NCBI GenBank assembly: GCA_965153285.1
Contig: OZ229111.1
Reading direction: 5' to 3' (one strand)
DNA: 64,000 nucleotides
Source of the DNA: Podarcis tiliguerta
Taxonomy: Eukaryota
Below are positions 33,141-47,452 of the stretch, in pieces; within the stretch, counting starts at the first letter, position 1, and every line of letters starts with the position of its first letter. Below the pieces are notes generated by a model that did not search any database, was not told where the DNA came from, and worked only from the letters and a program-made list of their open reading frames with translations. The position numbers were made by a program, and so were the translations under genes.

Positions 33141-36100
33141 CCCTACAGGAAGTAGAACAAATTTACTGAGTTTGGGCTTGGAGGTCAACTATCTGATCTT
33201 GAATTGGTGTGGATCAGTCAGTTTTGGCTAGTTCATCTTCTGCTTTTTGTAGGTCAGTGTTAAGAGGATAGTGTTGGAATTGGTAGGTAATTGAACTGAT
33301 GATGATAATGGTAGGTGTGGATATGGAAATGTAAATGTAAGGCAAGCTGTGGAGACAAAAGTGGTGCAATCTGTTTATGAACAGAAAATAGTATTTTTTT
33401 CTATTCATCTGGGCATCTATAAATTTTATGCCTGATAGTCACATATATTTAAGAACCAGAAAACTTGTACAGAATTTGACTACTCACTGGGGTAAAGATG
33501 CAAATCTTGTTGTGGCATTTCCTAGATTGCATATGGAATAACAGGCACTAAGTGATGTGTTTGTAGTTTGACTCTGGATTTATGCTGCACTGGAACTTCC
33601 TTTTAATTTCTTAAGGCTGCCACTTCTATGTTACAGTCCCAATAGGGAAGCTACTAGAACTACTTCTGCATGGCCGTGCTTTTTGCTGGTGTCTGCCAAG
33701 AATGTCTGGTGTTGGTATGTAAATTCCGATGAGCCTGTTGCATACAGTAGGGATGCTTACAGATTTTACATCCTGAGTAAGAAGGCCTACTATGAGATGA
33801 GATAGCAAGTTTTGGGAGCCTTGACATTTTGAATCAATACTAGGGCCCCGTTCAAACAAATATGTGGGTGTTTTGGGAACATGTGGGGTGCATAGTGAAT
33901 GATTATTGTGAGAACCAGATTTTCTGTGTGAACGCTGGTCACACCATTGCTGCAATTTGTGTGGTTGTTGTGACCTGAAAAATATGGCTTCATGAACAAT
34001 TAGGTTCTTCCTGCCACTTCTTCAGACAATACCTCAGCTTTAGCATGGAGGTGATCTCTGTATGTTTCCTAGATTTTGTGCCATAGCCTAAAACTTCTTT
34101 TACGTGAACCTGTGGAAGAAGAATGAATGTGGCTGAAGCCTCTTCTGTGGCCTGTAGGTGAGGCAAAATTCTCAAAATGTGAGAATGTGCTATTGGGCTG
34201 CCCTTATGAAGCGTGCAGATGCCTCTGTGGTGACGGTGGATCCTCTTCCTCTTATTCTGTAATATTTTTGCTTTTTGTTGGTATTGTGGTATTCTTGGGT
34301 AAGAAATAACAAAATGCCATCAGTTGCAGAGAATAGTCTTTCTTCTACATATTATATGGACGGCAGGGAAGACTGAATTTTAAAACAAAGGAAATTAGAC
34401 CCATATGTGAGGACTAGGACCACTTCCCCCCTCCCATTTCTACATGACAGCGTACATTACTTAGTTGCATATTACATAATTACTTTGCTTACTTCCTGTA
34501 ACAACAAAGCATGAACTGACTGCAAGTAATGTTTAGCAGTGTGGCAGAAGGCAAACCCATTTTGTCTCTCTCTTCTCAAACTGCCTAGTGTATAGATATG
34601 CAATATCAAAAGCTGAACCTGAGAGTTAACACTGCAAACTCCAGTTTTGCATTAATGTACAATTTGCTTCCAGACACAATTTGCTTGTGTCCTGCTAAGT
34701 TGCAAGTCAAATTTTTTTAACAGTGCTTAGCTTCTTTGTATGCAAATCCAGGAACTTTGGAGACCTTTGACTGCGCTTAAATTCCTCACAAGTTCAAAGG
34801 ATGTGCTGTATCCTGCAGAACCTACTTTGCATAGCACCTGTAAGCTTACTACATCATATCTAGTGTGGCACTATGAATACAAAAGCAATATTGCTTTATT
34901 TATTTTTAAGCCTCCTTTGCATGACAATGGTCTTATGCTGCTTCTGTTTTGAAAGATCAAAATAGATAGAGCTTCTTGCTTCTGACTGAGTGGGTGTCAG
35001 AAGGGAATATGCTTCATTTAGAGAATGTCACAAGCAAATGAGCAAACTCCTAGCCCAAACTGTCACCTACAGCCCATGCATAAATATTTACAGATAATGG
35101 TAAGGAGCTTATTTTGTGAAAATAAGTTTACAGTCATTGTACCACATACAATGAGAATTAAGGGAAGTTCTGTCTATTTAATTTTTAACACCTGCTAGCC
35201 TTTGCCCCTTTGTGTATTGTCATCCTGAATGTTGTTATTGGTTGATAAGAGACCCTTTGTTTTCTTTCCTCTTTCAGTAAAAGCCCAGAAGGTAATTGTT
35301 AGTGGTACATGGACATGTTTGGGTGCTGTATTTAGAGCATAAAGACCATGGTTTCAGTCAAATGTGCACAAAGTGTAACACAGAATGCAATTTCATTTTA
35401 CTCCTTCATTGATGCTTATACTGTATTACAGATTTGATTTTTGCAGGTGAAAGCCATTGTGCATACTATAAGTCCAGTACAGAACTCAGATTTGTTAATT
35501 TCAAGTGTGTTGCCTTGAAATGAAGTCTGCTTTCTGGCAACTTGTTTTATTGAGTATTCATTTTGATTGGTTTGCACAGTTTGAGGGGACATTATATGAC
35601 ACCCACTGCTTGCTCATTCCAATTTGTTTGCAGGGAAGTTATATGATGCTGCGGCAAATAGCTGTTATCTCACATCTTTTCCTTACTTCAAAAAGTCTTA
35701 TTTGTTGCACAAAGTGCCATGTCCATTTTAATTAGGAAACGTGAACTTGATCGTATGATACTTCACTGTTATAGGTATCACTGGAATGAATTGGGAGTGG
35801 TTGGCTCAGCACTGTGCGACTCTGATCAAGTTCATGCTTTGATCAAGTGTTTCAGTCCGTTGATTTCTTCATTGGGTTGCAGCTATCAGGGAAGTGGATT
35901 GTTGGTAGGATGGAAGCAGGAAGGAGACTCTCCCACCCCCTGGTTGGAAGCAATGCTAGAGTTAAGGTAGGAGGAAGTACAGTGGGCTTCTGAAATGGTG
36001 AACAAATACCGCTTTATCGTGAGGACTACAGTGGCTGGCTAAACGTGATTAATAAGCCACTATTATATTTTCCTAGGTAAATGGTAGGTTTTTGAAAAAA

Positions 36101-36265
36101 AGAAACTTTGGGCATTTAAATTAGATTGCCAGTGCCTTTCTTCCTTTGTAGATATGGCTTGGTTGCAAAGGAGATTTTTCCTTTGCAGCTGTGGCTTGAA
36201 CTTGACCATGCCTGACACCATAGATGATGGCATGAGCTGGAGAGGTAACTGTGGTTTGCCCCAAA

Positions 36266-36331
36266 TGGCCTGGCTAGGAGTTGGGATAGATGACCCTTGT
36301 AGGTTCCTTCCAGCTCTACAATTCTACGATT
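36266..36331 (+). mobile_element. CR1 3' end fragment
   Basis: gatgacccttgtaggttccttccagctctacaattctacgatt. Confidence 0.65.
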
Positions 36332-39300
36332 AGGCCCATAGCCCAGAATTTTTCTACCACTGCACTATACCAAAGGGAGCACATGCATTCACAGGAAATA
36401 AATGTTGTGATTTCTTTGGACCTTTGAAATTTCTTTGCTTGTCCCTGACCTGGAAATTGAGTTCAGTCAAGTGGGCATAATAATATAAAGTAGGAGCAAG
36501 CAAATAATTTCTAGTTGTGCAGGAAAAAAAGTCTCATTGAAAAGCAGGAATTCCCATCTAGAATACAGCATATTGTAACAAAGGGATGAGGAGGAAGAGG
36601 TGCAGTATGGTTTCTACAAACTGAGTTTAAGCATGCTTGTTTCTTGGATTAAATGCAAATATTTTTAGCATGGAAGGAAGATTCTTTCTTGTATGCTAAA
36701 TCTGGATAAATAATTTTAGATGTTCTGTTCTAACATCTGGTGTGCATTGCTTCTGTTCAGTCCCCCACCCCACCCCCAGCTTGCATGCTGTGGCATCTTA
36801 GAAAGCTAGCACAGTCATTCTGTGGTTGGCTTAAATTAAATCACATGGAGCCAGCTAGAAGAATGCTGACATGCACAGTTTTCATGCTGAACACACTGAA
36901 ACCACAGGCTGGAGTTAGAGAGAACTTCTCACTGTTTTGAGTCTAGACACTAGGCTGCAACATAAAAAAGAGAGAACAAAAGTGCCATCAGGCAAAGTTC
37001 TAACCACGGCAACCCCTTTTTTGAAAAATCTGAAAACTAAAAAAGAAAAGAAAGAAAAATCTGAAGCTTTTTGTTGAAACCTACAAACACTTAGGACTCC
37101 TGAAAGTAGCTATAACCAAATGGATTTTGGGTTTTCACCCCACACCTGTTTGCTACCTATTGCCAAGTGCTTATAACGGGTGGTGGGACATTCATAGTTT
37201 TCTAAAAAAATCATTTGAATGGAAGTGGGCCAGTCTCAAAATATGAAAAGTTAAATGTGCACAACAGCAATTTGCATCTTGACCACTGGTACTCTAGTCC
37301 ACTTTTATTTTTAATTTTTATTAGAAATGTCCTGACATTTTGGTTTTCAGAATGATCTGGGTTTTTTAGTGCTTCATCCGAGAACAGGAGCTCGTTTTTC
37401 ATGCTCCAGGTGCATAGCTTTGCTGGTGCAACAGGACTTCCATTTCCCGCTCTTCCCCTCTGCAGCACCAAAATCTGCTTGGGAGGGTCTCCTAGCCGTA
37501 GAGCTGATTTTGAGGCTACATGGGGGACAGGAGAGGAAGTTGAAGCTCTGGTGCTCTTATAGAAGCCTGTTGCGGCGTTGCGGAGCTGTAGCACTGGATA
37601 TGGATCCAGTAATTTGATCATTGATTCTTCTTGCACAAATGGTAGTCAATATGTATAGCACCACAGTGAAAAGGCTGCTGTGCCAGTGTGGTGTCAGTGA
37701 TGATATGTAGAAAGAAATAACTGGTTAAGAAGAATCTGTGGAAGGTTACATGTGGCCAGCCAGTCACTAGTTCCCACCAGTAAAACATTAGTACATCTAG
37801 AGTCCTGATCCTAGGTTCAAATTTACACTGAAAAAACACCAAACATTTGCACATCTATCTAAAAATAGGACCTTTCACCAGCTAGCTGGTTGGGGCACCA
37901 ATGCCAACCAAAGGCTAAAAGATGCTTCTCTTCCCAACCCTATTCTTCCTTTGCTTGTGTGACTGCTTCTACCACTTCTGTCCTTTAGAGAGGGAATATT
38001 TTAATCCATGAAATCATGCTGAGATTTGCGGCCACTCTTATCTCAGCACAGTTGCAGGAGTGAAGAGAAATATTTCCCTCCACCACCATTCCAGTGAGAC
38101 CCGAGCCCTCATCCTTGTCCTAATCTTGTCACTCCCAGATTCACATTCCACCAGGGTGGGAAGGGATGTTCTCTCTCTTAGTGATCATGAGAAGTGAATG
38201 TTTGAATCCTGGCCATATTTTCTGATGCCTCTTGACAGATTTGCCCAGTATTGGTTGATGTAAAATCCTGGTAAGAGAACAAGCTTCCTTCAGATTTCCT
38301 GTTGGGCTTTACTTTTCCCCAGTAACCATTCTAATTGCATACGAGGACCATTTATTTCTCCAAAGAGTTCAACATTTGGTTATTAGGTTGGGCCACTTTC
38401 CTGTAGCTTGTTCATACTCATTTGCTGCATAGTTCAGGGGTAGTCAAGTAGTGCCCACTGGATGTTGTTGAATTTCTACTCCAATCGGACTCAGCCAATT
38501 GACCAATGGCCAGAGGTGATTGGAGTGTGAATGCAGCGAATTCTGTAGGGCATGCTGGCCACCCTGGAGTAGATAATGGGTTTAAAGAAGGAGAAAAGTT
38601 AGCCAAAATAGTTGACGCAACATCATTAACTGGTTTAATGAACCTTAGGCAAAGCATAAACTATTTAAAAGTTTATTTTTTAATCCCTGATTTTATTTAC
38701 ATGCATCTTTATATAGTAAGAAGGGGGAGGCTGTATCTTACATATTTTCTGTTTCTCTTCTCCCCACACTCCTCAGCAACTACAGCAACACAATTTCATC
38801 AGGGATTGTTTCAGCTCGCAGCTGCATCCCCCCACTGCACCTTGAGCTTTATCATTCAGTCCCATCTGCTTCACTGGGGTAGTTATGCTAAATCAGTTTT
38901 CAATAGCCACAGGAAAACAGCATCATCTGGAACATTAGAGGAGACTTTGCCTAGTTTGTACTGTGAGGCTGGGGGCAGGGAAGGGTTTGTTTGCTTAAGG
39001 AAGCTTACCCTTTCTTTTCTGCGAACTGCTGCAGCTATACTCACCCTCTGTCTGCACCATACTTTGCAGTGGTTCTCTGTTCCAAGAAACTGCTTCCTGT
39101 TCCTTGTTCATATGGATCATATTTTGGGGGATTATCTGGTGAAGAACAAGGATAAAAATTGTCCCATTTGATGACCGAAGCATGTGATAGGATACTGATC
39201 GTTCCATTTAGTAAGTAACCTGGTGCCAGATAAATTCAGGCACATGACAGAAGGGCGCATGCTGTGTAAGGAGCATTTCCAAGCGCTGCCTTTGTGTAGC

Positions 39301-40250
39301 ACTGCAGATAGGACCAAGTAATTGGCCATCAGTCAGCCTCTGAATTTTTCTAGTATCATGCATGAAACTTTTAGGGACTTTCAGAGTGGTTTTTGTAGTT
39401 TTTCCTCTGCTCTGAGTCACATAGGGAGCTGTGCCTTTTTGAGTTTTATGTAATGCTTAAAAAAAATCCCCACCATTGTCGTATATTTTTACCATTCATA
39501 TTATCCATAGTATTTTGCTTTTCGTCATGTGACATTCTGAGTAGGTCTACCCTGTAGGAGAATCCAGTAGCATGTCTTATTGTGTCTTCAGTTCCGAAAC
39601 TGATTTTCCACTTATCCGTACAAATTTATCAATTTATTTTCTACCCCCACATTTGTCAGTATAATGGCGTGATCCTGCTGTCCGCATTAACAATGAAGGG
39701 AACATTTGCTATGATCCACCTCCCTTCATTTTTCATATTAGTTTATTTATTTCATTTTTGTATAGCTTCCCATAAAACAGCCTGAAGCAACTTTTAACAA
39801 TAATTTTTGTTAAAGGAAAGTCAGCACAGAAAGGAGAAACAGTAACTTGGTTTGAATTGAGGCCCTCAATACAGTACCTTGGTTGTTTATGCTATAACCA
39901 GCTGCAGCTTCTAGCAGTGTTATTTTCCCTCAACTTTCAAAACGACTCCCTTGCAGACGAAAGCTAACATTTTATTTATTTATTTGGCTCTAGATTTGCA
40001 TTGTTGTCACAAAAACTAACTTTATGGTCAATAATGTTGGATGTGGCCAACTCTATAAACTCAGAGGAGCCTTTCACCCAGTTTCACACATCCAGCCACA
40101 GCTATAAGAGCTACTTGAAACTGCAACTATATGGAAGAACTCCCTATTCCATTCTAGCAACCCACCCTACGGTCTAAATCCTTTTCTTTTCTTTGCAGTT
40201 TATTGCAACTATGTGATGAGCCATTGATATCAACAAATATTTCTCTATGC

Positions 40251-40386
40251 CAGGCACCCCCAAACTTGGCCCTCCAGCTGTTTTGGGACTACAGTTCCCA
40301 TCTTCCCTAACCACTGGTCCTGTTAGCTAGGGATGATGGGAGTTGTAGTCCCAAAACAGCTGGAGGGCTGAGTTTGGGGATGCCTT
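40251..40386. mobile_element. hAT MITE (URR1-like)
   Basis: Palindromic caggcacccccaaact...agtttggggatgcct; perfect 8-bp TSD ctctatgc. Confidence 0.9.
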
Positions 40387-42115
40387 CTCTATGCAGCTGC
40401 ATGCTTTTGATTCCAAGTGTAAATGGAAACTTTCACAAGCACACACTTCTCCCTTAAAATGGTAGTACCGGTATATATTTCACTTCCTCTGCAAGGGGCT
40501 TTCGAAGTTTCCCTCATTTCAAGTGCTTCTTTCCCTCATAATGGAGTTCTGTAACTGAGACGCCATGTCCTGTGGGAACAGATGCAACATGGAATCCAAA
40601 TCTGCTTTTTAGAGAAGGTCTCTCACACACAGGAGTTTGCCATCTCGTTCAGAAGCATGTTGAGATGTAACACCACAGTTTGCTCTTCCTCTGGATGGCC
40701 TGAGTGATAATTTGCTTTAGAATTTATTCTCCATTCCTCCCAATTGGCTTCTCTCTTTTTTTAAGCAGTCAGCAGTAAATGAAATGGTTAATTGTGAAAC
40801 CCAGGTTTTAGCATTTCATTTCCACTCTCATGGCAATTTCTTATGACTGGATTATTCCTGGAAAGGAGTAGGTTTGTACTTTCTTCCCCTGAGAGACATT
40901 ATCATAACAGCACAGAAGAAAGTAAATTCATCCTGGCCCCTTCCCATAATGCAACAGTCTATTCTGTTTAGACCACAATCCATTCCTGGTTTCAAGGGTC
41001 TAGTCATAGTTTGGGTTTTTCTCAGATACTCTCTGTCTTAATCCAAAGTGTTAGTCTGAACAGTGGTGGTGGTATTTGTTTGTTATAAAATCTGCAGTGG
41101 GACTGAACTGGTTGAGTTTGGCCCTAAGAGTTAGAAGAAATCTCTCCAGAGGATGATGAAACTTCTCATCTTTTGATTTCCCTGTTGTTAACTATTAAAT
41201 GGAGGAGACAGATACATGGGGAAAGTAGCCTGCTGTACAATACAGTACTAGGTTACCTTTCAAAGAATAACCCGAAGTTTTTAATAGTGAAAAGCTGACA
41301 TGATTATTTGGTTTGCGAGGGAGATTTTAGTCACTCCAGTCGGCAGCTAGCCGGATGAAGCCCTTAATTTGGCTTAAATATGCAGGCTGTCTTGATTCCA
41401 AATTTTGAAGACAGGAATGTCAAGACTCTTGCCAGAGTCGTAATTCTGATAGTGAGGCTAAAAGTTCTAGTGTAGGGTGACTTGTAGGAAAGCATGAATA
41501 ACAAACGTAACTTCCTTCTCTGTGCTGCTGGAGGGGGCGAGGATATGGCAACGTGTCTGTCTGCTGGGCTTGTGCCAGTGGGGTAACGGGGCTGCTGTAG
41601 AACCTATTTCCCCCTGCACCTGCTCAGTGTAGTGCAGTAGTAGCAAGCTTAGGATCTGGAAATGGGCTGTGGCCGAGGCAGAGCTGAGCCATAGACCTGT
41701 TGGATACAAAGCTGCTCTCCCACTCCTGTTTTGGGCCCCTCTGCTGTGGCAGTGGGAAGCTAGCACAGCGGGGGGGGGGGGGGAATACCCCAGCTTCCAT
41801 CATGTCCAGTATAATCAACCAGAGTTTGGATGTAGTGGTCCATCTGCTGCTCCACCCCAGTGCTCCCCGTCAGGGTTAGGATTGCTCTGATAATCTTGTG
41901 GCCCCTTAATGACTAGAGTTCAGATCACAGGAGGGCATCACTAAATTGGTTGCTAAGGGTAGTAAAGGGAGATGGCTTTGCATCTGCTGGGCAGACATAA
42001 AGGTTTGCACAAACAACTTCTTCAGAATAGAGGGAGTGGGGTAGCCAGTTGTGGTGACTTAACATTTTACATGCCTAATGTCATTCCTAATGTCATGGAC
42101 TAATTACATGCCTAA

Positions 42116-42641
42116 TGTCATGGACTTGCTAGATGCCGAGGAGTGGTGGGAAGCACCATCTGGGGAACCCCCATAGAAAGAAGGGAGCAGACTCAGGAGG
42201 AGGTTCCAGAAGCTGAAGAGGTAACAGGGTTTAGTGAGTAGGAAGAGGCTGGGGCAGAGAGCAGTCCAGGCTCAGAAGGAGAAGAGGAGGGGACCCAAGA
42301 GGTAGCTATGAGGCAGGCTGCTGAAGAAGCCAGGGAAGTTTCCCTTCCTGCTGTGACCAGCTCTCCTCTCCGCTGGTCTCCCAGAATATGTGGAAAAATG
42401 AAGAGGGTGGAGTACATGGAAGCAAAATGAAGGAGCCATAGGCTGTTGGGGAAGGAACCCAGGGAGGAGCCTTAGAGAGGGGTGGGAAGGCAGGGACCTC
42501 CAGTCCTTGCAGCTGCCTCATTGGGACAAGACCTACTGGGAAGAGTTGCTGTGATCACTAGGCCTGCACCGTTCTGGTTCCTTTGAATAAAGAATTAACT
42601 TCACTGACACTGGGTGTTTTATTGCTGACCTACTCCTGACA
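42116..42641 (+). mobile_element. Solo LTR (Gypsy/ERV-like, TGTCA...TGACA)
   Basis: Termini tgtca/tgaca, AATAAA at ~42586 near the 3' end, purine-rich interior, flanks cctaa/cttaa. Confidence 0.65.
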
Positions 42642-45162
42642 CTTAAATGCATGCATCACTGTCCATAAGTAAAACCAAGGTTTAATTTAAGCAATATTTC
42701 AACCTCTTTTTCATCTTGTTGTAAAACTGGAATTCATGTTTGGCACTAAAAAACATGTCAGGATTCTACATTAAGATGTTGCTATAAGCACAAGTTCTAA
42801 CTCATTTTAATGTTGTAACCATAATCTTGCACAAATTTACTTTTGAAGTGGAAGGGCAGTCATTAAGCTTTGATCATTTTCACCCAATGACAGACAGGCC
42901 TTTGATCATTTTCGCTTTCCTGTGTCTTGTGTTTCAAACAAGTTGCTTTCCTGGATAACAGAGAAAAAGAAGACAAGGATTCAGTGATGCTATGACTCTG
43001 GGAAAGCAGTAGTAATTTGAACTCCATATCTAATGTATTGCATACTTAGATGAACAGTTTTGTGTGTTCACAGATTTTTATTTTTTGCTTTCTTAAAATT
43101 TCAGGATTTTTCTTAATTGATGTTTGGATCAGTGTTGAAGACAAAATGGAGAAATCTCATATTCAGTACATGTAATTTTCTGAATGTACTCATCTGTGGA
43201 AACTAAAATAGCTTTCTTGTGCATCCAAAATACAACACTTCAATGGGATGTTTAATTAAGCATATGTGACCCAAACCATGCAAGGGAAATCCAGGGACAT
43301 TCACCTAGCTCACAACCTTCACCAGCTTGGCATCTCCAGACCTTTTGGATAATGGCTACTATCAGCAGGGAGCACAGCTGGGCACCAGGTTGGTAAAGCC
43401 TGATAGAGCTAATGAGAAGCACACTTGGATATATATCCCCATCTGGATTGTGATGGCTTATCTGGGTTCCATTGAATCGTCTGAAGAAATATTTTGATAT
43501 TTATTCATCTCCATCTGGGGCAACCACTTCTACTCTACTAGTTATCTGAGGGGGTTGTATGAATTTTCTTTGTCCTACAGAAAAATGCATACTCTTGTCC
43601 TTGTGTAGTTCTTCACATTGATGTGCACAAAGGCTTTCCATTTGAGCCACAAAGTAGGAAAAACAAACATAGAAAGAGCTTATTATGAAACATGTTTAAG
43701 TATATCAAAATATATTTTTCAAGCCAACTTTTTTTGAACGTCCACCTTTTTCTACATTTCAGATTTGAGATCTTGGATGTACTCTGAAGCAAATTCTTGT
43801 GATTGTTGTAGTACTTTCTCCAGCCACTGTGATTGTGGGAATTGCTGCTAATCAAAACTGAAGTGTGCTTGTGTGTACATACCTGGGAATGGCTGAGAAT
43901 GTTGATGTGGGATGTGTCAGCTGCCTTGAGTATTGCTTGCATTTGAAGTAGTTTAAGGAACTGAATATTTGAATTGTTGGATGTCAACATGCTGCTCTTT
44001 ATAAGTAAAAGAAAATACAGTCATGTGGCTGTTTCTAATAGAAACTTAGTGACTCCTATGTGTATGTTTATAAGTTTATGGGTGCACATTCTTGGAGCCT
44101 ATAATTTGTTGACATCATCCTGTCTGGCAGAAATGAAGTGTAGCTTGCAGTCACCTAGGACCTCCAGCACCTCTGCCAACAAATTGCTAAAATGGGCTGC
44201 TCAAGATGAGGATCCATGATTAGAATGGTGAAAATTCCACATAGCAAAGTGTTGGTTACCACAAACTTGTGCTGAAATAACTATCACTTACATTCTCTAG
44301 TAGCATACGTTTGAAAGGAGAATAAATAGAAATATAGTTAATTAGGGAAGCCAAGGGGGAAGGTTAAGATGAAAATCCCTCCCCATTAATTTCTATGCAT
44401 GATCATATGTAGCCAAAGACCTTTGCAAAAAGTAAGATACAAGCGCTCTATTGGACCCTATGGAAGTTATTGGAAAGATGTTTCACATCCCCTGCCCCCT
44501 GCAACTCCTGAAAAGTGTCTGAATTATGTGGGATGGGGCACAGGGGCTGCTGGTGAGAAGAGGGGACAGAGAACTTCCTTTCCTTGAACTTTCTCAAATT
44601 AACTTATCTTCTGGGCCAAGCTAATACATCTGTGATTGAAAAACAAACAAACTTAAAAGACATATTTTAAAAAATATGTCACCACCCTTCATTATCACCC
44701 TTCTGGATAGAACAAACAATCTTATCAACTGAAGTCTGCACAGTGATTCCTGCTAAAGACTTTTTCATAACTTTCATGGCAGCAATGACAGAGGGCTGCA
44801 TTCTAGGTCACATGTTTATCTATGTCAATTAGCAAATATTAAAAATCATATAAATTACATTCTTAAGAATATAAGGGGCATTGTAAAACATAATGGATAA
44901 TGACAGCACTTGTTTGTGATTTAATTATGAATGAGAAAGTAAAGTATGGACTTCTGGCAGCTGCTCCCATATGAGATGACAGTAGAACCCAATCAGCCCC
45001 TTCATACCGTAGAGAGCTGTAGATGATGAAGCAGGCCAGGCAAGGACCAGATTACAAATGGTATGCGCCTCATTCTGAAGCAGATTGCACACTGGCTAGA
45101 GGACACAATCATGCCTAAGACTTACTTTGCTAGCTGTATTATGTCTATAGTAATTGTTCAGC

Positions 45163-45435
45163 TCACTGGAAGGACAGATCGTGAAGCTGAGGCTCCAATA
45201 CTTTGGCCACCTCATGAGAAGAGAAAACTCCCTGGAAAAGACTCTGATGTTGGGAAAGATGGAGGGCACAAGGAGAAGGGGACGACAGAGGACGAGATGG
45301 TTGGACAGTGTTCTCGAAGCTACAAACATGAGTCTGTACAAACTGCGGGAGACAGTGGAAGACAGAAGTGCCTGGCGTGCTCTGGTCCATGGGGTCACGA
45401 AGAGTCGGGCACGACTAAACAACAACAACAACAAC
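45163..45435 (+). mobile_element. BovB (RTE clade) LINE, 5'-truncated 3' end
   Basis: Encodes SLEGQIVKLRLQYFGHLMRRENSLEKTLMLGKMEGTRRRGRQRTRWLD...WRALVHGVTKSRARL (BovB ORF C-terminus); (caa)n tail; 11-bp TSD aattgttcagc. Confidence 0.93.
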
Positions 45436-45493
45436 AATTGTTCAGCAGAGTTTTGTGGTCTGAAGGTTGATTACTCCTCCTTTGTTGGATGTA

Positions 45494-45714
45494 CAGTGGT
45501 ACCTCGGGTTACAGATGCTTTGGGTTACGCGTTTTCAGGTTGCGTACCGTGGGAAACCCGGAAGGGGCTACTTTCGGGTTTTGCCGCTTGCGCATGTGGC
45601 GAAGTGCCAAATTGTGTCACGTGCGTGCGCAGACACAGCGCTGCAGGTTATGAATGCTGCAGGTTGCAGACGTGCCTCCATCTCGGATGACGTCCACAAC
45701 CCGAGGTTCCACTG
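45494..45714. mobile_element. Tc1/pogo MITE family B
   Basis: ta-cagtggtacctcgggtt ... aacccgaggttccactg-ta. Confidence 0.88.
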
Positions 45715-45799
45715 TACAAAGTGCCCTTGGAGACCCTCTATGACCATTTTGCTTTGAACTTTGAAGAGAAACTTGCTGTTCTCAGAAAGGACCTGAGTT

Positions 45800-46875
45800 T
45801 CTGTAGTCTCTGTTGTGGTGTCCAGTGCCACATCTAATGTGATGTGGTGGGATCAATTTCAGCAGATAAGGCCTGATGACGTGGACAGTGTGCTTGCAAC
45901 AATGTGTCTGACCATATTTGAGCCTTCGTCGTCTTGGCTAATAAAAGTAGCAGAGATGGTGTGACTGGTTTTGTTCAGCATGTGGTTAACACATCATTGG
46001 GTGAGACGGTGCTCTCCACTATCCTCAAAGAGGCAGTGATGTTGTCAATATTCAGGAAGTCTATTATATACCCACTGTACAAAGCAACTACTGACTAGTC
46101 ATACATACCCTGTTTTAAAGCAGTGTACTGGAGAAAGTTGTGGTGGAGCAGGTGTAGGCATTCCTGCAAGATACCAGTTATCTAGACCGTTCCCAGCCAG
46201 GCCTGGTTATGGGATTCAGTCAGTCTTGGTGACATTTATCGAGGGTTGAATACAGTGCTGGGCTGGATGAGGGGCAATAAACAAGTTGAATCCTGGTAAG
46301 ACGGATGTGCTGCATGTGATGTGTTTAGTGTCCAGGAGCTAGGCAGATTGCCTGATCTGCATGGGATTGCACACAGGGAGCAAATTCAAAGTCTGGGGAT
46401 GCCCCTAGATCCAACTTTTTCATGAAAGGGTCAAATGGCCTTTGTGGCTAGGAGTGCTTTATATAAACCCTGTATGTTAAGAAAGCTGGAGGTGTTCTTG
46501 GATCGGGATAGCTTTGCCAGTGTGCTTCAGGAGTTGGTAATCTCAACATTTGACTACTGCAATATGCTCCATATGTGAATTCCCTTGTAGGAGCTGTTGA
46601 TAGAGGCTTCCTATCAACAGAGCATAAAATCTCTGCTTGAGGATCTGCATTGGTTAACCTATATGCTAGCTAGCTTTGCTGTTAGTATACAACAGCCTGG
46701 GACCAGCTTACTTGAGGGACTACTTTGTCCCATATATTCTGTTCAATCATTGCATTAAACCAGAGAAGCACTATTAAGAATTTCACCTTGCTTCTGCAAG
46801 ACAGAGGGCATTTCGTGTGTCTTAAGCCTCTGTTGTGGAATACTTTGCCTATTATTATTATTATTATTATTATTA
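45800..46875 (+). mobile_element. Old, heavily deleted L2 LINE fragment
   Basis: Degenerate L2 ORF2 motifs: 'LNPGKTDVL' (46287), 'FDYCNML' (46549), 'LHW' (46645), tgtggaatactttgcc (WNTLP), then (att)n. Confidence 0.7.
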
Positions 46876-46944
46876 AGTGAGTACTATTGGTACTTGGTTT
46901 CAGATCCTTTCTTAAGACTCTGTTGACAGACCTTTTCTGATATA

Positions 46945-47177
46945 CAGTGATACCTTGGGTTACAGACGCTTCAGGTTACAGATGCTTCAGGTTACAGACT
47001 CCGCTAACCCAGAAATAGTACCTCAGGTTAAGAACTTTGCTTCAGGATGAGAACAGAAATCATGTGGCGGCGCAGCGGCAGGCCCTATTAGCTAAAGTGG
47101 TACTTCAGGATAAGAACAGTTTCAGGTTAAGAATGGACCTCCAGAATGAATTAAGTTCTTAGCCCAAGGTACCACTG
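46945..47177. mobile_element. Tc1/pogo MITE family A
   Basis: Near-identical to 1178-1408, TA TSD. Confidence 0.9.
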
Positions 47178-47383
47178 TATATATAGCTCAATCATAGGTT
47201 TTTGTGTATCAGTATCCATATGTTGGCTAGGTATTTTTTTCAGTTTTATAATAATATCCCAAGGTTCTGGTCAACCTCCAATGCAAAAATGCTGGAATAC
47301 CTTCATATATGCAATCCTATGCATCTTTACTCAGAAGTAAAGCACACTATATTTGTTTGTTCAAACAAACAAACAAACAAATT

Positions 47384-47452
47384 GTCCAGAAGCACCTTTG
47401 GAGACCAACTAAGTTTGTTCTGGGTATAAGCTTTCGTGTACATGCACACTGC
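47384..47452. mobile_element. Penelope-like element terminal fragment
   Basis: gtccagaagcacctttggagaccaactaagtttgttctgggtataagctttcgtgtacatgcacact resembles recalled squamate Penelope terminal repeats. Confidence 0.5.

Noticed and set aside
38434-38570. Cluster of four CCAAT/ATTGG boxes
   Set aside because: It lies within what looks like a degenerate URR1-like hAT MITE (cagggg..gatgttgttgaa..ctccaatc / gattggagt..caccctg), so it is explained by the repeat.
38506-39171. 221-aa ORF
   Set aside because: Starts in a decayed repeat, has no recognisable domain, and has intron-like composition.
45154-45690. 178-aa ORF
   Set aside because: Chimera of the BovB C-terminus, its (caa)n tail and a MITE.
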